Shown in pieces: positions 25,020 through 39,091 of a stretch of 64,000 nucleotides of DNA. The translations under genes and the position numbers were made by a program. Below the pieces are notes generated by a model, which saw nothing but the letters and a program-made list of their open reading frames with translations, had not been told where the DNA came from and ran no database searches. Numbering within the stretch: position 1 is the first letter of the stretch; each line of letters starts with the position of its first letter. Source of the stretch: Felis catus (lineage: Eukaryota); contig NC_058368.1 of the NCBI RefSeq assembly GCF_018350175.1, positions 215,390,001 through 215,454,000 of the forward strand, given 5' to 3'.

Positions 25020-26125
25020 CACATATTTTACCTTGTCTTTCATCTGAGAGGGCTCAGGAGTAAGAACTCTCCAGTAGCAATGGGTACACTTAGTAATGTT
25101 ATTTTGGTTTCTAATTCCTCATTATTCAATAAAAGGAACCAGTGCTTCCTGAAGAAATGGCTGCCTCTAGCATCAGAGGAGGAAATTCACCATATGAGCC
25201 TAGAGGATCATCTAGTGCCAGGAAGCAAGGAAGGGCAACAAAACACCTATAATGATGAGAGTAGGTTGAAGAGACAGAGAACCAACTGAAAAAGGTCCCA
25301 ATGGCTAAAGCTGGAAAAATTTGAGCATCAAAATAAATTAAGTGTATTGAGTTGTAACATAAAGTATAAAATTAACATCAATGAGGCCATATTTATATAA
25401 ATAAATGATTATTGAATTGCGAATAATTTAGATACTCCACCCTCAAAGACATGGAACATAACTCTCATTTCTGAAATGTGGCCTATACACAGTGATTTCC
25501 TTCCAATGAGTAGAGAATGAGAGACAGGGTACAGGAAAAATTAAAACAAAAACCAAAAACTTTATAGTGGAAAAAAATTGAAATGCTATCTCAGCCAGGT
25601 GGTCAAGGTCAACATGAACATTGCTAAATTATGTTGATAGTATATACACTTGATATGATCAAAATGTCATGTCTCTTCTGTGCATTTTCTTCTCCAAATC
25701 TCAGACTCCCATGTAATAATAATAAAACATCAGGCAACACTCAATTTAGGGACATTTTGAAAAGATACCTGAACAGTTAGTTCTCAAACTGTCAAAATCA
25801 TCAAAATCAAGAAAGGCATTAGAATCTGTCAACAGCCAAGAGGACCCTAAGGTGACATGACAACTAAACAGTGTGGTATCCTTGATGAGTTTCTGGAAAA
25901 GAAGACATTAGGTAAAAACTAAACAAATCTGAATAAAGTATGGACCTTAGCTAATAATTAGTTAATAATATAGCAATTTTGGTTCATTAACTGTGACAAA
26001 TGGACCACAACTAATACATGTTGTTATGACAGAGGCTACTGGATATTAAATACATGAGAACTTTCTGAACTATCTTCACATTTTTTCCTATAAATCGAAA
26101 ACTATTCTAAACACTACATTTACTA
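25020..26125 (+). mobile_element. L1MC/L1MD-like 3' end
   Basis: ctgagagggctcaggagt...ccagtagcaatg...ctcagccaggtggtcaaggtcaacat...gaataaagtatggac. Confidence 0.8.
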
Positions 26126-26373
26126 ATGTATAATCAGAAATTTTAAAAAATTCTGGTTGGATGGTTTGGATGGTTCAGTAATAAAATGGTGGTGTTCAAA
26201 GGGAAGTCATGGAAATAAATACACTCAAAATTAAAAGTTTATGTACAGAGTGAATATAACTATACCTGTTTTCTTTTTAAAATTATCTAAATGTTTGAAA
26301 TACTTACATAATGAGGCAAAATAAAGGCAAAAGAAAATAAAGGTAATAGAATCTTTTTAAAAGTGACTCATCT

Positions 26374-26572
26374 GGGTGCCTGCATGGCTCAGTTGGTCAA
26401 GTGTCTGACTTTGGCTCAGGTCATTGTCTTGCAGTTCATGAATTTGAGCCCTGTGTTGGGCTCTATGATGACAGCTCAGAGCCTGAATCCTACTTTGGAT
26501 TCTGTGTCTCCTTTTCTCTGCCTCTCCCACACTCACACTGTCTCTCTTTCTCTTAGAAATAAATTAAAAAAC
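26374..26572 (+). mobile_element. Can-SINE
   Basis: SINEC head, body and tail. Confidence 0.88.
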
Positions 26573-28007
26573 AATTTTACAGTAACTCATTTGATTCATG
26601 TCAAATTCATATCAAATGAATACTATTATTTATACTTGACCAAAAGTTTGCAAAAAAATGACTATCTTTATTTACTTTGTGGTAAATATGTAATTTTAAA
26701 ATACAACTTTTAAAATATGTCATGACTGGTAGAGTATAGAACTGACAAATCAGAGCAGATAATGGTGGTGAATAGCAATCATACCTACCTAACACCTAAA
26801 TATTAGACTGGCACTCCTAAATGTAGAATGTCAATACATCCCAAAGATAAGATGTTTAGACGGAGTACCTGAAGTTTTGCTATGTTTCATAGTGAAAGAA
26901 AATTATATTATAAAAACAGGTGTAATGACAAATTTCCACAACCAGCATACTCCAAGCCCAAATCTGGGGCACAGATCTAAAGGAAGCAAGGAGGAACCAT
27001 TACTCATCTTCCTGACCTCAGTGTTCCACTTCCTGTCATTTGGGAGCTCCATTGCTCTTTGACTATGACATTTGGTACATATCTCCTCCCTTGGACAGAT
27101 TCCTATTCATCCTTCAAGAACCGGATCAAAAATCAGTTTCTTCAAGAAGTCTTCTATGAAACCACCGGAGTTAACTGCCCCTCATCAGTATTTTTATATA
27201 GTATTGTGTTTATTTTTTTCATTCATTCAACAAATATTTACCACGTAGATACTATATTCTAGGTCCATATTTGTATCTCTGTACCATCATTCCTTGAACT
27301 GTATGACAGCCACATCTGATTATCCTACTGGACTCAGACCTGGTGATCTTGGTGTAAAATGGAGAGAAAGGAGTCCTCACCTACTTCTCACAGCCAGCTG
27401 TTTGCATGCAGTACATCCTTTATTAACCAGATTTTACACATGTGAAAAATGAGACACTAGAACGTAGGTAACGTGACTGGGATAAAATTTTCTTCTTTAT
27501 TCTTTTGATGTAATTGAAGATTGATGTTTAGCCAATTCAGAATAAATCCTATTCGGTCTAGTATGAAAATTCTTTTTACAAAGTTTTGGGCTTAGTGTCC
27601 TATAACTCTTTAGGATTTTTCATCTCCTTAAGAGAGATGTTGGCTTGTAGTTTTATTGTAATGTCTGTATCTGGTTTTGATATTGGGATAATTCTGGTAT
27701 CATAGAATGAGTGAGGAAATGTTCAACTGGCTTCTATTTTATAGAGTGTATTAAAGACATTTAATTCATTTCTTTCTTAAATATTTGGTAGAGATCACCA
27801 AAGAAAAAATCTGGGCCTGGTGCTTTCTCTTCTTGAAGGATTATTGTTTGAATTTCTATAATAGGCGTCGTCTTATTCAGATTACCATTTCTCCTTGTGT
27901 AAATTTTGGTGGGTTGTGTCAAGTATTAGTTCATTTCATTCAAAGTATCAAATTTATGATCATAACATTTTACATAATCTGTTAGCTTTTATAATGATGG
28001 TACTCTT

Positions 28008-28200
28008 GGGGTCCTGGGTGACTCAGTAGGTTGAGTAGCTGACTCCTGATACCAGCTCAGGTTGTGATCTCAGGGTCACGAGATCAAATTGCTCATTGGG
28101 CTCCGTGCTGAGCATGGAGCCTGCTTGGGATTCTCTCTTGGCCCTTCCCCAGCTCGCTCATGTGTGCTCGCTCTTTCTCTCAAAATAAACTTTTTTTTTT
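28008..28200 (+). mobile_element. Can-SINE with TSD
   Basis: TSD taatgatggtact on both sides. Confidence 0.88.
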
Positions 28201-29311
28201 TAATGATGGTACTGTTTCATTTCCGATACTAGTCACTGTGTCTTCTCTCCATTTTTGTTCCTAGTCTGTATAGAAGTTTATCAATTACATTACTGTTTTC
28301 AAAGAGCCCTGATTTTTGGTTTCATAGATCCTCTCATTTTATCTATTGATTTTTCTCTACTTATTTTAAACTTCATTGATTTCTACTTTAAGGTTGTTAT
28401 TTCTTTTCTGCTTTTTGGAGGTTTATATTGCTCTTCTTTCTCTAGTATCCTAAGATGAAAGCTAACGTTTTTGGCTTTAGAGCTTTCTCCTGCTATACTA
28501 TAGGCATTCAATGTTCTCCATTTCCCTCTAAGCACTGCTTTCACTACATACCACCAATTTTGATAATTTGTATTTTCATTCAATTTAAGTTATTTTAAAT
28601 ATCTTTTGGAATTTACCACTTTCTGTCATTGACTTCTAGTTCAGTTCCATTGTGTTCTGAGATCATGCTTTGGATGGCTTCAACTCTTTTCAATTTGCCA
28701 AAGTCTGATTCATTTACTTGAATGTTATATATCTTGCTGCATGTTCCATGTGAGCTTGAGAATTATGTATATTCTCCTGTTGTTGGGTAACTATTCTATA
28801 AATGTCAATTAGAGGCACTTGATTGATAGCCCTTCAGTTCAACTATACCCTAACTAATACTCTGCCAGCAAGATCTGTCAATTACTGATAGAGGTCTGTT
28901 GAACTCTCCAGCTATAATTATAGAGTTATTTACTTAATCTTGCTATTCTACCAGTTTTTGCCTTATTTATTTTGGTGTGTTGCTGTTAAGCACATACACA
29001 TTAAGGACTGTTAAATCCTCTTAGGAAATTGACCCCTTTATCACTATGTAATGCCTCTCTTTGTCCCTGATAATTTTCCTTGCCTGAAGTCTGCTTTGCC
29101 TAGCATTAATATAGTTACTCTAGCTTTCTCTTCATTAGTGTTAGCATGGTATATTTTTCTTCATCCTTTTCTACATAATCTATCTGTGTCTATGTATTTA
29201 AAGTGGGTTTCCTGCAGACAACACAGAGTTTGTTCTTTTTTAAAAATCTATTTTTTTATTTTGTTTTTAAATAGTTGAATTTTTTTAATGTTTGGGGTGT
29301 TTAAATCTTTC

Positions 29312-29661
29312 TTAATGTTTATTCATTTTTGAAAGACAGAGACAGAGCACAAGCAGGGGTGCGGCGGAGAGAGAGGGGGTCACAGAATCCGAAGCAGGGT
29401 CCAGGCTCTGAGCCATCAGCACAGAGCCCAACACGGGGTTCAAACTCACAAACCTGGGCTGAAGTCAGACGCTCAACCAACTAAGCCACCCAGACGTCCC
29501 AATGTTTGTTTATTTTTGGGAGACAGAGAAAGAGGGAGCACACAAGAGAGGGGGAGGGGCAGAGAGAGAGGGACAGAGAATCCCAAGCAGGCTCTGCACT
29601 GACAGCAGAGAGCCCAGTGCAGAAGTCAGATGCTTAACCAACTGAGCCACCCAAGCACCCC
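29312..29661 (-). mobile_element. Two tandem Can-SINEs (29312-29500, 29501-29661)
   Basis: Two reverse SINEC heads (ccacccagacgtccc; ccacccaagcacccc). Confidence 0.88.
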
Positions 29662-29849
29662 CTAATAGTTGCATTCAATCCATTCATATTTAAAGCAATT
29701 ATCTATATACTTGGATAATTCTCACCTCTTTCAGTACTGTTCTTTATTCATTGCGTTGTTTTTCTTTTAATCTTCCATACTTCTGCCTTCTCTGACTTGA
29801 TTAGTCATTTTTTGTGATTCTGTTTTCTCTCATTATTTATTGATATTTT

Positions 29850-30045
29850 ATTTTTATTTTAAAATTTTTATTTTAGAGAAAGTGTGCGAGTGGGGAGAGA
29901 GGGGCAGAGGGAGAGAAAGACTCTTAAGCAGGCTCCACACTTAGCATGGGTCCTGACGTCAGGCTCAGTCCCACAAGTCTAGGATCATGACCTGAGCCAA
30001 AATCCAGGGTCGGACCCTCAACCGACTGAGCCACCCAGGTGTCCC
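29850..30045 (-). mobile_element. Can-SINE
   Basis: Reverse SINEC ending gagccacccaggtgtccc. Confidence 0.88.
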
Positions 30046-30298
30046 TGTTTTCTCCCAGTTTTTAGTAGAATTATTTATACTTCTTTTAAAAATTATTCTA
30101 CTGGTTTCCTGGAAGTTTTCAACATATATTTATAACTAATTGAAGTCCACTTTCAAATAAGACTACACCATTTTATGAGTAGTGCAGGTATTTCATAACA
30201 GAACGTTTCAAATTTATCCCTCCATCTGTTCTAGTATTGCTATCATGCATTTCACTTATTAATAAGCTATTATTGTCTGTTATGTCTTGCTGTTATTC

Positions 30299-30505
30299 GG
30301 GGCACCTGGGTGGCTCAGTCCGTTGAGCGTCTAACTTCAGCTCGGGTCAGATATCGCAGTTTGTGAGTTCAAGCCCCGTTTCCGGCTCTGTGCTGAGAGC
30401 TGAGAGCCTGGAGCCTGCTTTGAAGTCTGTGTCTCCCTCTATCTTTGCCCCTCTCTACCCCCCGTGCTCTTTCCCTCTGAAAAATAAATAAACATTAAAA
30501 AAATT
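30299..30505 (+). mobile_element. Can-SINE
   Basis: ggggcacctgggtggctcagtc head, A tail. Confidence 0.9.
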
Positions 30506-31679
30506 TAAAGTTACTGAATCAACTATATGTAAAAAAATTATCTTTCCTTTATTTCCTTTCTAATGCCCTCTTTTGTGTAGATTTCAGTTTCTGATCTTCA
30601 TCAGTTCTTTCTGTAGACACTTTTTTAACATTATACTTTAAATATTTTTTTAAAGGGAGGTCTATTGGTGACAAATACTCTTGTTGTTTTACTAGTTTCA
30701 GAAAATCTTTATTTCTCCCTCACTTTTGAAGAATAATTTTCCTTGATATAGAATTCTAGGTTGGTGATTTATTTCACTCCTTTCTTTCGTTGTTTGCATT
30801 GCTTATAGAAGTCTGCTATGAATCTTATACTTCTTTCTTCCTAGGTAAGATGTCGTTTTTCTGTCTATGTGTGTGTTTCAAGATTTCTCTTTAATTTTTT
30901 TGTAGTTTAAGCATGAAATGCATAGGTAAAGGGTTTTTGTTATTCTACATGGAATTCTCTGAGTCTTTGATCTCTGGTTTGGTGCCTGCCATTTTAGGAA
31001 AATTCTTAGCCATTTTCACCTCTTACATGATTTTCCCTCCTTTTTATTTTTCTTCTTGCATTTCCAACATGCATATATTATGCCTTTTGTACTTGCCCTA
31101 TAGTACCTAGATTTTTCAGTTTTTTTTTTCATATTTTTTCTCTATGCATTTCAACTTAGAAAGTTTCTGTTAAGGTGTCTTCAAGCTCAGTGATTCTTTT
31201 CTCTGTCCAGTTTGTTCATAAGATCATGAAAAGCAGTCTTCATTTCTGTTACAGTGATTTTGATTTTTAGCATTTACTTTGATTCTTAGAGTTTCCATCT
31301 AACTGCTTACATTACCCATTTGATGTTGCATACTGTCCACTTTTTCCATTAGTTCTCTTCACACATTAATCATACTCATTTTTAATTTCCAACCTGATAA
31401 ACTCAAAACGTCTGCCACTTCTGAGTTTGGTTCTGTTACCTGATTTGGCTCAGAGTATGGTTTTACTTACCTTTTAGTATTCCTTGTAATTTTTTGTTAC
31501 TTGCTAGATATATTGTATTTGGATAAGAACTACAGCAAATAGGTTTTTAGTGTGAAGTTGTATGCTTATCTAGCTATGGCTCTGTTTTTATTGTCTGGTG
31601 TAACTATATGTGTCAGAGCTTTAATTTCCTCTGGTGTCCTTGATTTTTTGTTTCCTGTGTTTTCTTCTGATTTTTGGAT

Positions 31680-31950
31680 TAAGCTTCTCCAGAGAAAAAG
31701 AACACATGAGAGAGAAAGAAAAGGACAGCAGAGACAGAGAAACAGAGACAGAAACCGAGAGAAAGAGATATTTAGGGAATGTATTTTGGAGACTTGGGTT
31801 TATTTGCTCATGTAGTTGTGAGGACTGGCAAATCCACAATCTCCAGGGCATGCCTGTAGACTGGAAATTGCAGCAGGAACTGATGTTGTAACCTTGATTC
31901 CAAAGGCTTTGACTCTGTGTCAGCTCTGGAAATTCTTTTCCTCCTTCATC
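31680..31950 (-). mobile_element. MLT2 LTR fragment
   Basis: ttctccagagaaa...tgctcatgtagttgtgaggactggcaaatccacaatc...gactggaaattgcagcagga. Confidence 0.65.
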
Positions 31951-31989
31951 CAATTTTGTTATTGTTGCTATTTGCTGTTTTTTTAATAT

Positions 31990-32540
31990 ATGTATTTTAA
32001 AATTTTAGTTGAAATATAGTTGACCTACAATATTAGTTTCATGTGTACAATATAACGATTTGATAATCAAATAATTACGAAATGTTCACTGTGGTAAATG
32101 TAGTTACTGTCACTATATAAAATTATTACAAAGTTATTGATTGTATTACCCATTCTGTCCTTTTCATCAACATGACTTATTTGTAAATATCCACTTCCTA
32201 TATCCCTTCAGCTCCCCCAGAGTTAAGCTCTACTGACTTTCAGAGACAGACATTATGATGGTCATTTTCCCCTTGCCTGTCTCCAGGGCAAGGGGTATCC
32301 AATGTGGGGCCTGATCCCTCACTCCTCAGGGAGGATCTTTGTGCCTATGGTATTCCTCCCAGTTGTGGTTTGGTTGTACCAGTGGTTTGGTTCTTGATTC
32401 TGTCTCTGCCCCTCCTACCCTTCTTAGTGTGGCTTTCTATCCCTTGTTGTGGAAGAGTTGTTCTGCTTGTCTTCAGAGGCATTTTAGGTGTGTACATGGG
32501 AGGAAATGAACTCAGAATCTTCCTACTCTGCTATCATCCT
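31990..32540 (-). mobile_element. L1 3' end (31990-32210) fused to L1 5' end (32210-32540)
   Basis: Antisense 3'UTR then L1M-type 5'UTR text (cactcctcagggaggatc...gaactcagaatcttcctactctgctatc). Confidence 0.7.
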
Positions 32541-35500
32541 TTGTTTAGGACTTTTCTGGACTAATTCTATACTGTCTGTATTCTTTGTTGTATGTATTGG
32601 CTGGCCTCTACTTAACTTCGTGGAAGGGAGATATACACCTTCAACTAATGGGTTTCTAGGACTTTGCTGAGTGGCTCTGTGTGTGGGTGTGGGTTGTGTT
32701 GGGGTACAAGTTCACTGCTTTAGCCAATAGTTTAAGACTGTGTCATAACTTTCACTTACTGCTTTTGTTAAGCCTCAAGGTCAAGCAGAGGTTAAAGTAC
32801 ATTTTCATGTCTCTTCTGGGCATGTGCACAGTTCTAAACATGAACATGACCTCCTAGATTTCCAGAAATATGATGGAAAGTTTTTCAAAGCATTTTAGTT
32901 CCCTCCTCCTCCCTTATCCTTTTGTGGAGCATGCACTAAACCAAAGACTCATTTTATTAATGATTCTATTTGAATCCACAGCCTCTGATAATTTTTTCTA
33001 AGTTTTTTAAAAAAATATTTTAAAATTCTTTCCTATTAATATAATATGTGATATCTCTGTTTTATAATAATGGTACAGATAGCTATGTGCTTAAATTCCA
33101 ATGCTTCTAAAATTGAATTATTAATTAATAAATAGAATATAATTATATATCAATTATCAATACATTTTATTTATTGAATGTCCTTATTCATTTTACATTC
33201 TTGAGCTTATTGTTTTTAATCATAACGGTAAGCTTCCTTTTAATCTACTTAAATGTAGCTTTATGTATTGATTTAAATTTTTATTAGCTTTAGTAGAAAG
33301 TTTTGTTTTAAATAACGACAATTTAAACAATTTCCTAATACTTCACCAATGTAGCTATAGGCATCTTGTTTTATTATAAAATTAAGTTTTTAAGTGTCAT
33401 GCACAATGCCCAAGGAAAAAGTAATGAATGTATTTGAGTATTATCCCTGATTAAATTTGTATATTTTATTAGATTAGAAGCAAAGCTTTGCCAGTGGGTG
33501 TATATCATTCCATGGGAACATGGAATGGCCCTCATTTCGTGGAAAAGCTAGTTTTGTGTTGAAGTTGCATATTTTTTCTTTAAATCTCTCTTTTCCTGTA
33601 TCTTTTGAAAATTTTCAGCAATTGTGAGTCACTGGATAAAATGTTTAGCATATAAGAAATTAAACACAATTACATTTTTTTAAACCCTTCATATTATTTC
33701 ATGTTATCTGGGTCTCTTGTTAAGTAACTCAGCATTCTTTAAAAAGAAAGTTTCTCATATGGACCAATTTATGTCATGAACCTCTTATATATAGTGGAAA
33801 ACTGACAATTTTCAAATTCTTGTGTTTTTATTTATAAAATCAAGCTTAAAAATAGGATTAGTAAGTAATCTAAAATAAAACATTGGCGTACTGATTCTGC
33901 AATATATTGATAGGTATTATGATTAATAAAATCATGATAGATCATCAAATCCATTTTATAAATGATGGATTAATAATGTTCAGGTTTACTTATGGCAGAA
34001 ATTCTCAGTGCATTTGCAAAGTTTAAAAAAATACATTATTTTGGTTTTATTAACCTGACAATTTTCATCTTGACAAAAAAATACATCATCAAATATTTTT
34101 ATTAGTGTTCTAGAATATTCTAATTACTAGAAGACTTACGATATCCATTTTTAATGTTTACCCAGCCAATTCACAGAAACTACTTAAATCCACAATGGTA
34201 AAATATATTAAAAAGTAAGTCAGTGAAGTATAACAAAGAATGCAAGGCTACATACTGAATACTGCCAGTTTCCCATTTTACCCCACCACTCTGTCTAGGG
34301 CAGAAAATGGCTTTCTTTATCCTGGGCCACCATATGAAAATATTTTCAACAATGATTTAACTGCACTGAGTTTTTTCAAGGCTTTTAATAATATTTTAAG
34401 GTTATCAAGTTATGTTCCTGGGCCTTATATACACTTAGCCTATGACCACCTCTGCAGTCTCATCTTGTGAACATCTTTTTCATTTTTGTTTGTTTTTTAT
34501 TCCATACTCCTCTAATAACCTATACATTATAGAAGACTAGCCACCTTATAGCTCCTCTAGGTCGATTTCTGCTGAGTCAAAGTGGGAACTAGTCTTGAAC
34601 TGGTTTTGTCCAATTTATTTTCTTTGTAAAGCACTGAGTAGTGAGAACTTTAATTGTAATTGGATCAACTGTTGTCTTTCATATAGTGTGAAAAATGTTT
34701 AATTGTCAAAACACATGTATATGGCTGTTATATATACTACCTATGTAATGCAGTGACTCTTTACTTGGAAATGTAAAACCCAAGGCAACAAGAATAAAAA
34801 GGTGGGGTCGGGGGAAGTGAGGCAAGGTTTTCTTCTTATTACTTATTTTTTAAAGATTTATTATTATTATTTCTAAATTATTTACTTAAGTCATTCTAAA
34901 TTAAGTCATCTCTTGTCAAATCAAAGTGTTAGAAGACCAGTCTACACAACATCATTTGATGCAGCTAAAGAAATGAGCTTAAAATCACTTACATTTTACT
35001 GGTCCATGTATAGAATAACGGTCCAAATTGGTGCTGTGGTCCACAGTGTCAGAGTAGTGGTTTTCTTTATTCATATCATCATGGGTTGAAAGTGTCTTCG
35101 TATGAAGGCTACGGAATAGAGCATGGTAGCCATCTTTCCAGAGAAAGAGCTTGGACCTGATGCAGAGATGAGGGTAGGTAGAGAATACGGGTTCTTGTGC
35201 TCTCCCTGGTGTGACTTCAGGAAAGCAGTTAGCATATTGACTCCAGCTCCAGGGAGCTTGATGAAGTAGATGAGGACCTTCCTTGTGGATAGGTGGCCCC
35301 AGTTGTGACTGGAACCCACAGAGTAGTCCAGAAATCTGGTATTCAGCCACCACCTCCGTTATGACCTGAAGCTATCATTAGCTCTTAATTTATGCAATTA
35401 TTCTAGAGATTAGAAATAAAATATGTATTCCCGATTGAAAGAAGAATTATCAAATTTAAAACTGTTATGGCAGTAAACAAGTTATATTCCTTAGAAAATC

Positions 35501-35729
35501 AATGCAATGAAACAGATATTCAGTCAACTTGTTCAGAATTCAAAATAAAATCATAGAAACTAGATATGATGAGAGAAACATTGAGAGAAGTAGACAATAA
35601 AATCCAGTCTGCATAAAATGGCAATATCATGAAACAAAACTGATAAAATATTGAATGCGAAGATTACCATGTTAATGTGAAAGAAGAGCACAGTTGACAA
35701 ATTTTTTTTCATTAAAAAATTAATTTATA

Positions 35730-35946
35730 GGGGTGCCTGGGTGGCTCAATTGGTTAAGGGTTGGACTCTTGATTTCAGCTCAGGTCATGATCTCACAGTT
35801 TGTGAGTTTGAGCCCTATGTCTGGCTCTGCGCTGATAGAGCAGAGCCTGCTTGGGATTCTCTCTCTTTCCCCCTCTCTCTCTATCTCCTCTCTCTCTACC
35901 CCTCCACGAGTCATGCTGTCTTTTTCTCTCTCAAAAGTAAATAAAC
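35730..35946 (+). mobile_element. Can-SINE with 18-bp TSD
   Basis: TSD ttaaaaaattaatttata on both sides. Confidence 0.92.
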
Positions 35947-36489
35947 TTAAAAAATTAATTTATAAATCTTCAAAAGCATCAAGCAAAATTAATGAATTAT
36001 CACACTGGCTACTTTTGCAAATTACAAAGAGGTTTTTTTTCCCTTTTTTTTAAATCCAGAAAGTTACATAAAGATTTATCAGTTACTAGGTTCAGTCTTC
36101 TTCCAATATTTTTGAAGACACAAGTCAAGATGAAGCTGATATTTACCAAACACTTGATCTGATAAAAGCATAATGCCACTAATGGAAGAGAAGTTTCCTC
36201 TGTTGACTGAGTAGATGGAGGTGGACTGAAGGGGTAAAAACATTTTTTAGAGCAAATTTTTGCCTCATGAAACTGAGAATACATGAAACAATGATGAGAA
36301 CAATTTTGATTAACCAGAGATGTTACATATTGAAATTTAAATAAATACTTAAGGTTCTCCAAGGCAATCACTCATCTTCTTGAGGCCAGCAGTGGGTACT
36401 AAAACTCTTTACTATACCCCATGCCCTACTATTTTGATAGATTATACACTCAAGTGCTTGGCATTCTTCACAATATTGGTTAAAGAGAA

Positions 36490-37247
36490 ACCTCCCTCTC
36501 TTTTCTCTCCCTTCCCCTATATTCATCTGTTTTGTTTCTTAAATCCCACAATGACTGAAATCATATGGTATTTGTATTTCTCTGACTGGCTTGTTTCTCT
36601 TAGCATAATACACTCTAGCTCCATCCATGTCATTGTAAATGGCAAGATTTCATTCTTCCTGATTGCTGAGTAATATTCCTTGTATATATATGTACCACAT
36701 CTTCTTTATCCCTTCATCAGTCAATGGACATTTGGACCCTTTCCATAGTTGGCTGTTGTTGATAGTGCTGCTATAAACATTGGGGTGCATTTGTCCTTTG
36801 AAAATCAGTATTTTTGTATCCTTTGGGTAAATACCTAATTGCTGGATCATAGGGTGGTTCTATTTTTAACTTGTTGAGGAATCTCCACATGGTTTTCCAG
36901 AGTGGCTGCATCAGTTTGCATTCCCACCAACAGTGTAAGGGGGTCCCCCTTTCTTCATATCCTTGCCAACATCTATTGTTTCCTATGTTGTTACTTATAG
37001 CCATTCTGACAGGTGTGAAATAGTATCTCATTGTAGTTTTGATTTGTATTTCCCTGATAATGAGTGATGTTGAACATCTTTTCATGTGTTTGTTACTCAT
37101 CTGGATGTCTTTGAAAAAATATCTATTCATGTCTTCTGTCCATTTCTTCACTGGATTATTTTGTTTTTTTGGGTGTTGGGTTTGGTAAGTTCTTTATTGA
37201 TTTTTGGATACTAACCCTTTATCAGATATGCCATTTGCAAATATCTT
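36490..37247 (-). mobile_element. Carnivore L1 ORF2 C-terminal/3'UTR fragment
   Basis: ORF 36771-37151 '[24 protein letters not shown]...[15 protein letters not shown]' is the L1 ORF2 CCHC region. Confidence 0.92.
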
Positions 37248-37435
37248 AAATATGTACACTTAATTAGCAGATGGCTCTTTTTATATAGATCTTGAAATAC
37301 AAATCAAAGTAGCATTCAGATGGAATAAGGACTTAAATGTATAGAGCATAAAATCCTACAATTATATAGGAGAAAATTGAAACTGAGCTACACTATAAGG
37401 AGTTACAATGATTTGATTAAATATCAAAAACTTCA

Positions 37436-37590
37436 GGGCACCTGGGTGGCTCAGTTGTTTCAGTGTCTGACTTTGGCTCAGGTCATGATCTCATGGTTCG
37501 TGAGTTCAAGCCCCACATCAGGCTCACTGCTGTCAGCATAGATCCTGCTTCAGATCCTCTGTCCCCCCTATCAAAAATAAACATTTTTTA
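37436..37590 (+). mobile_element. Can-SINE with 17-bp TSD
   Basis: TSD aaatatcaaaaacttca. Confidence 0.92.
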
Positions 37591-38604
37591 AAAATATCAA
37601 AAACTTCAAAAACTGCAAAGAAATTTCAAAATAGAGAACTTCTTCAATGCAAAATAATCAATAGAGTCAAGAGATTTAATAAAATACATAGAAGATAAAT
37701 ATTACATTGAATCATCACAAGCAATTCAAAACAAATAAAGCTTATAAATATAATAAAACATATAAACTGCTTAGCATTCAACCAAACCAAATTTAATATT
37801 AATACAAATGTTTTATTTATATATTGAATTCATAAAATTAACTAAATGTAAGTATTCAGATTGGTAGAAATGTAAACATTGGACTAGTATTCTTTGTATT
37901 GCTTTGGATCATGCTTTTTATCTTATAATAAAATTTAGAAACTTTTTTCCATATCTCTTTATAGATATATACTTTTTCAGAATACCTTCATAGTCTTATA
38001 TATTCTGGATTCTTCATCATTTATTTCCCATTCCTATGTGGACATTGAGTTGTCCTCACTTGGCTGCTGTACAAAGAGTTCTATAATGGAAAGCCTTATC
38101 CATCCAATTTTTGGGGGATGTGTTTTCTGAGCATTCATCCATTCTCCTGGGGAAATCTTGCCCTTTTCCCAAACTCCAGTTCAGGAATCACAAGATTGGT
38201 CACTTACATTTAGAACTTTGCATTGTATTATTGAGATGTGTGTTACCTCTGTGATCTCAGATTTCGTCCTCAATTTGGTCATATTACATTAACAAGATCA
38301 TCTTCCATTAGATTTTCTATTTTTAATGAGCATACACTTATTTTTCATCTTCCTTTTGTTGGTGGCACTAAATTACTGAGAAAAGGGCCCAAGAAACAAC
38401 TTTATTCTGCCATCTATAATTATAAATCAGTTTAATTTTTAGTTTTATGTAGTAATATTGGTTCTTTTCATACATTATATAACTTAAAATTTAGAATATT
38501 TACAAACTGTCACAAACACTAGGATATTAAAATTACATATTACTCTGAAATTACATCTGATAAGTATTTGTATTTTTTTAAGGAACAGTATGTATAAATG
38601 GTAC

Positions 38605-39057
38605 TCTTTTATTGAAGTATAGTATAATTACAACGCTTAGTTTCCAGTGTACAGCACATTGTTTCAACAGTTCTATACATTACTCAGTGCTCATCATGAT
38701 AACTGTAGTCACCATCTGTAACCATACAATATGACTACAATACTATTAACGGTATACCCTATGCTGTACTTTCCATACACATGGCCGTTTTTTTATAACT
38801 AGAAGTTTGTATTTTTTAATCCTTTTTCTCTATTTTGTTCATTCCTCCACCTACTTCCCCTCTAGCAAACCACCAGTTTGTTCCCTGTATTATGTCTGAT
38901 TCTGCTTTTTGTTTATTTATTAGTTTTTTTCAATACCTCCTATAAGTGAAATCATATGGTATATGTCTTTATCTGTCTGATTTACTCCACTTAACATACC
39001 CTTTAGGTCTATCCATGTTGTCACAAATGGCAAGATCTAAGTCTTGGCTTTATATTA

Positions 39058-39091
<34 letters not shown>

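Larger units (their letters stand above)
27550..32890 (-). mobile_element. Large degraded L1M (ORF2 to ORF1/5'UTR) with nested SINEs, MLT2 and L1 pieces
   Basis: ORF 28383-28583 'NENTNYQNWWYVVKAVLRGK...LEKEEQYKPPKSRKEIT' matches the ORF2 region after the endonuclease; antisense ORF1 text 30700-31450. Confidence 0.8.
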
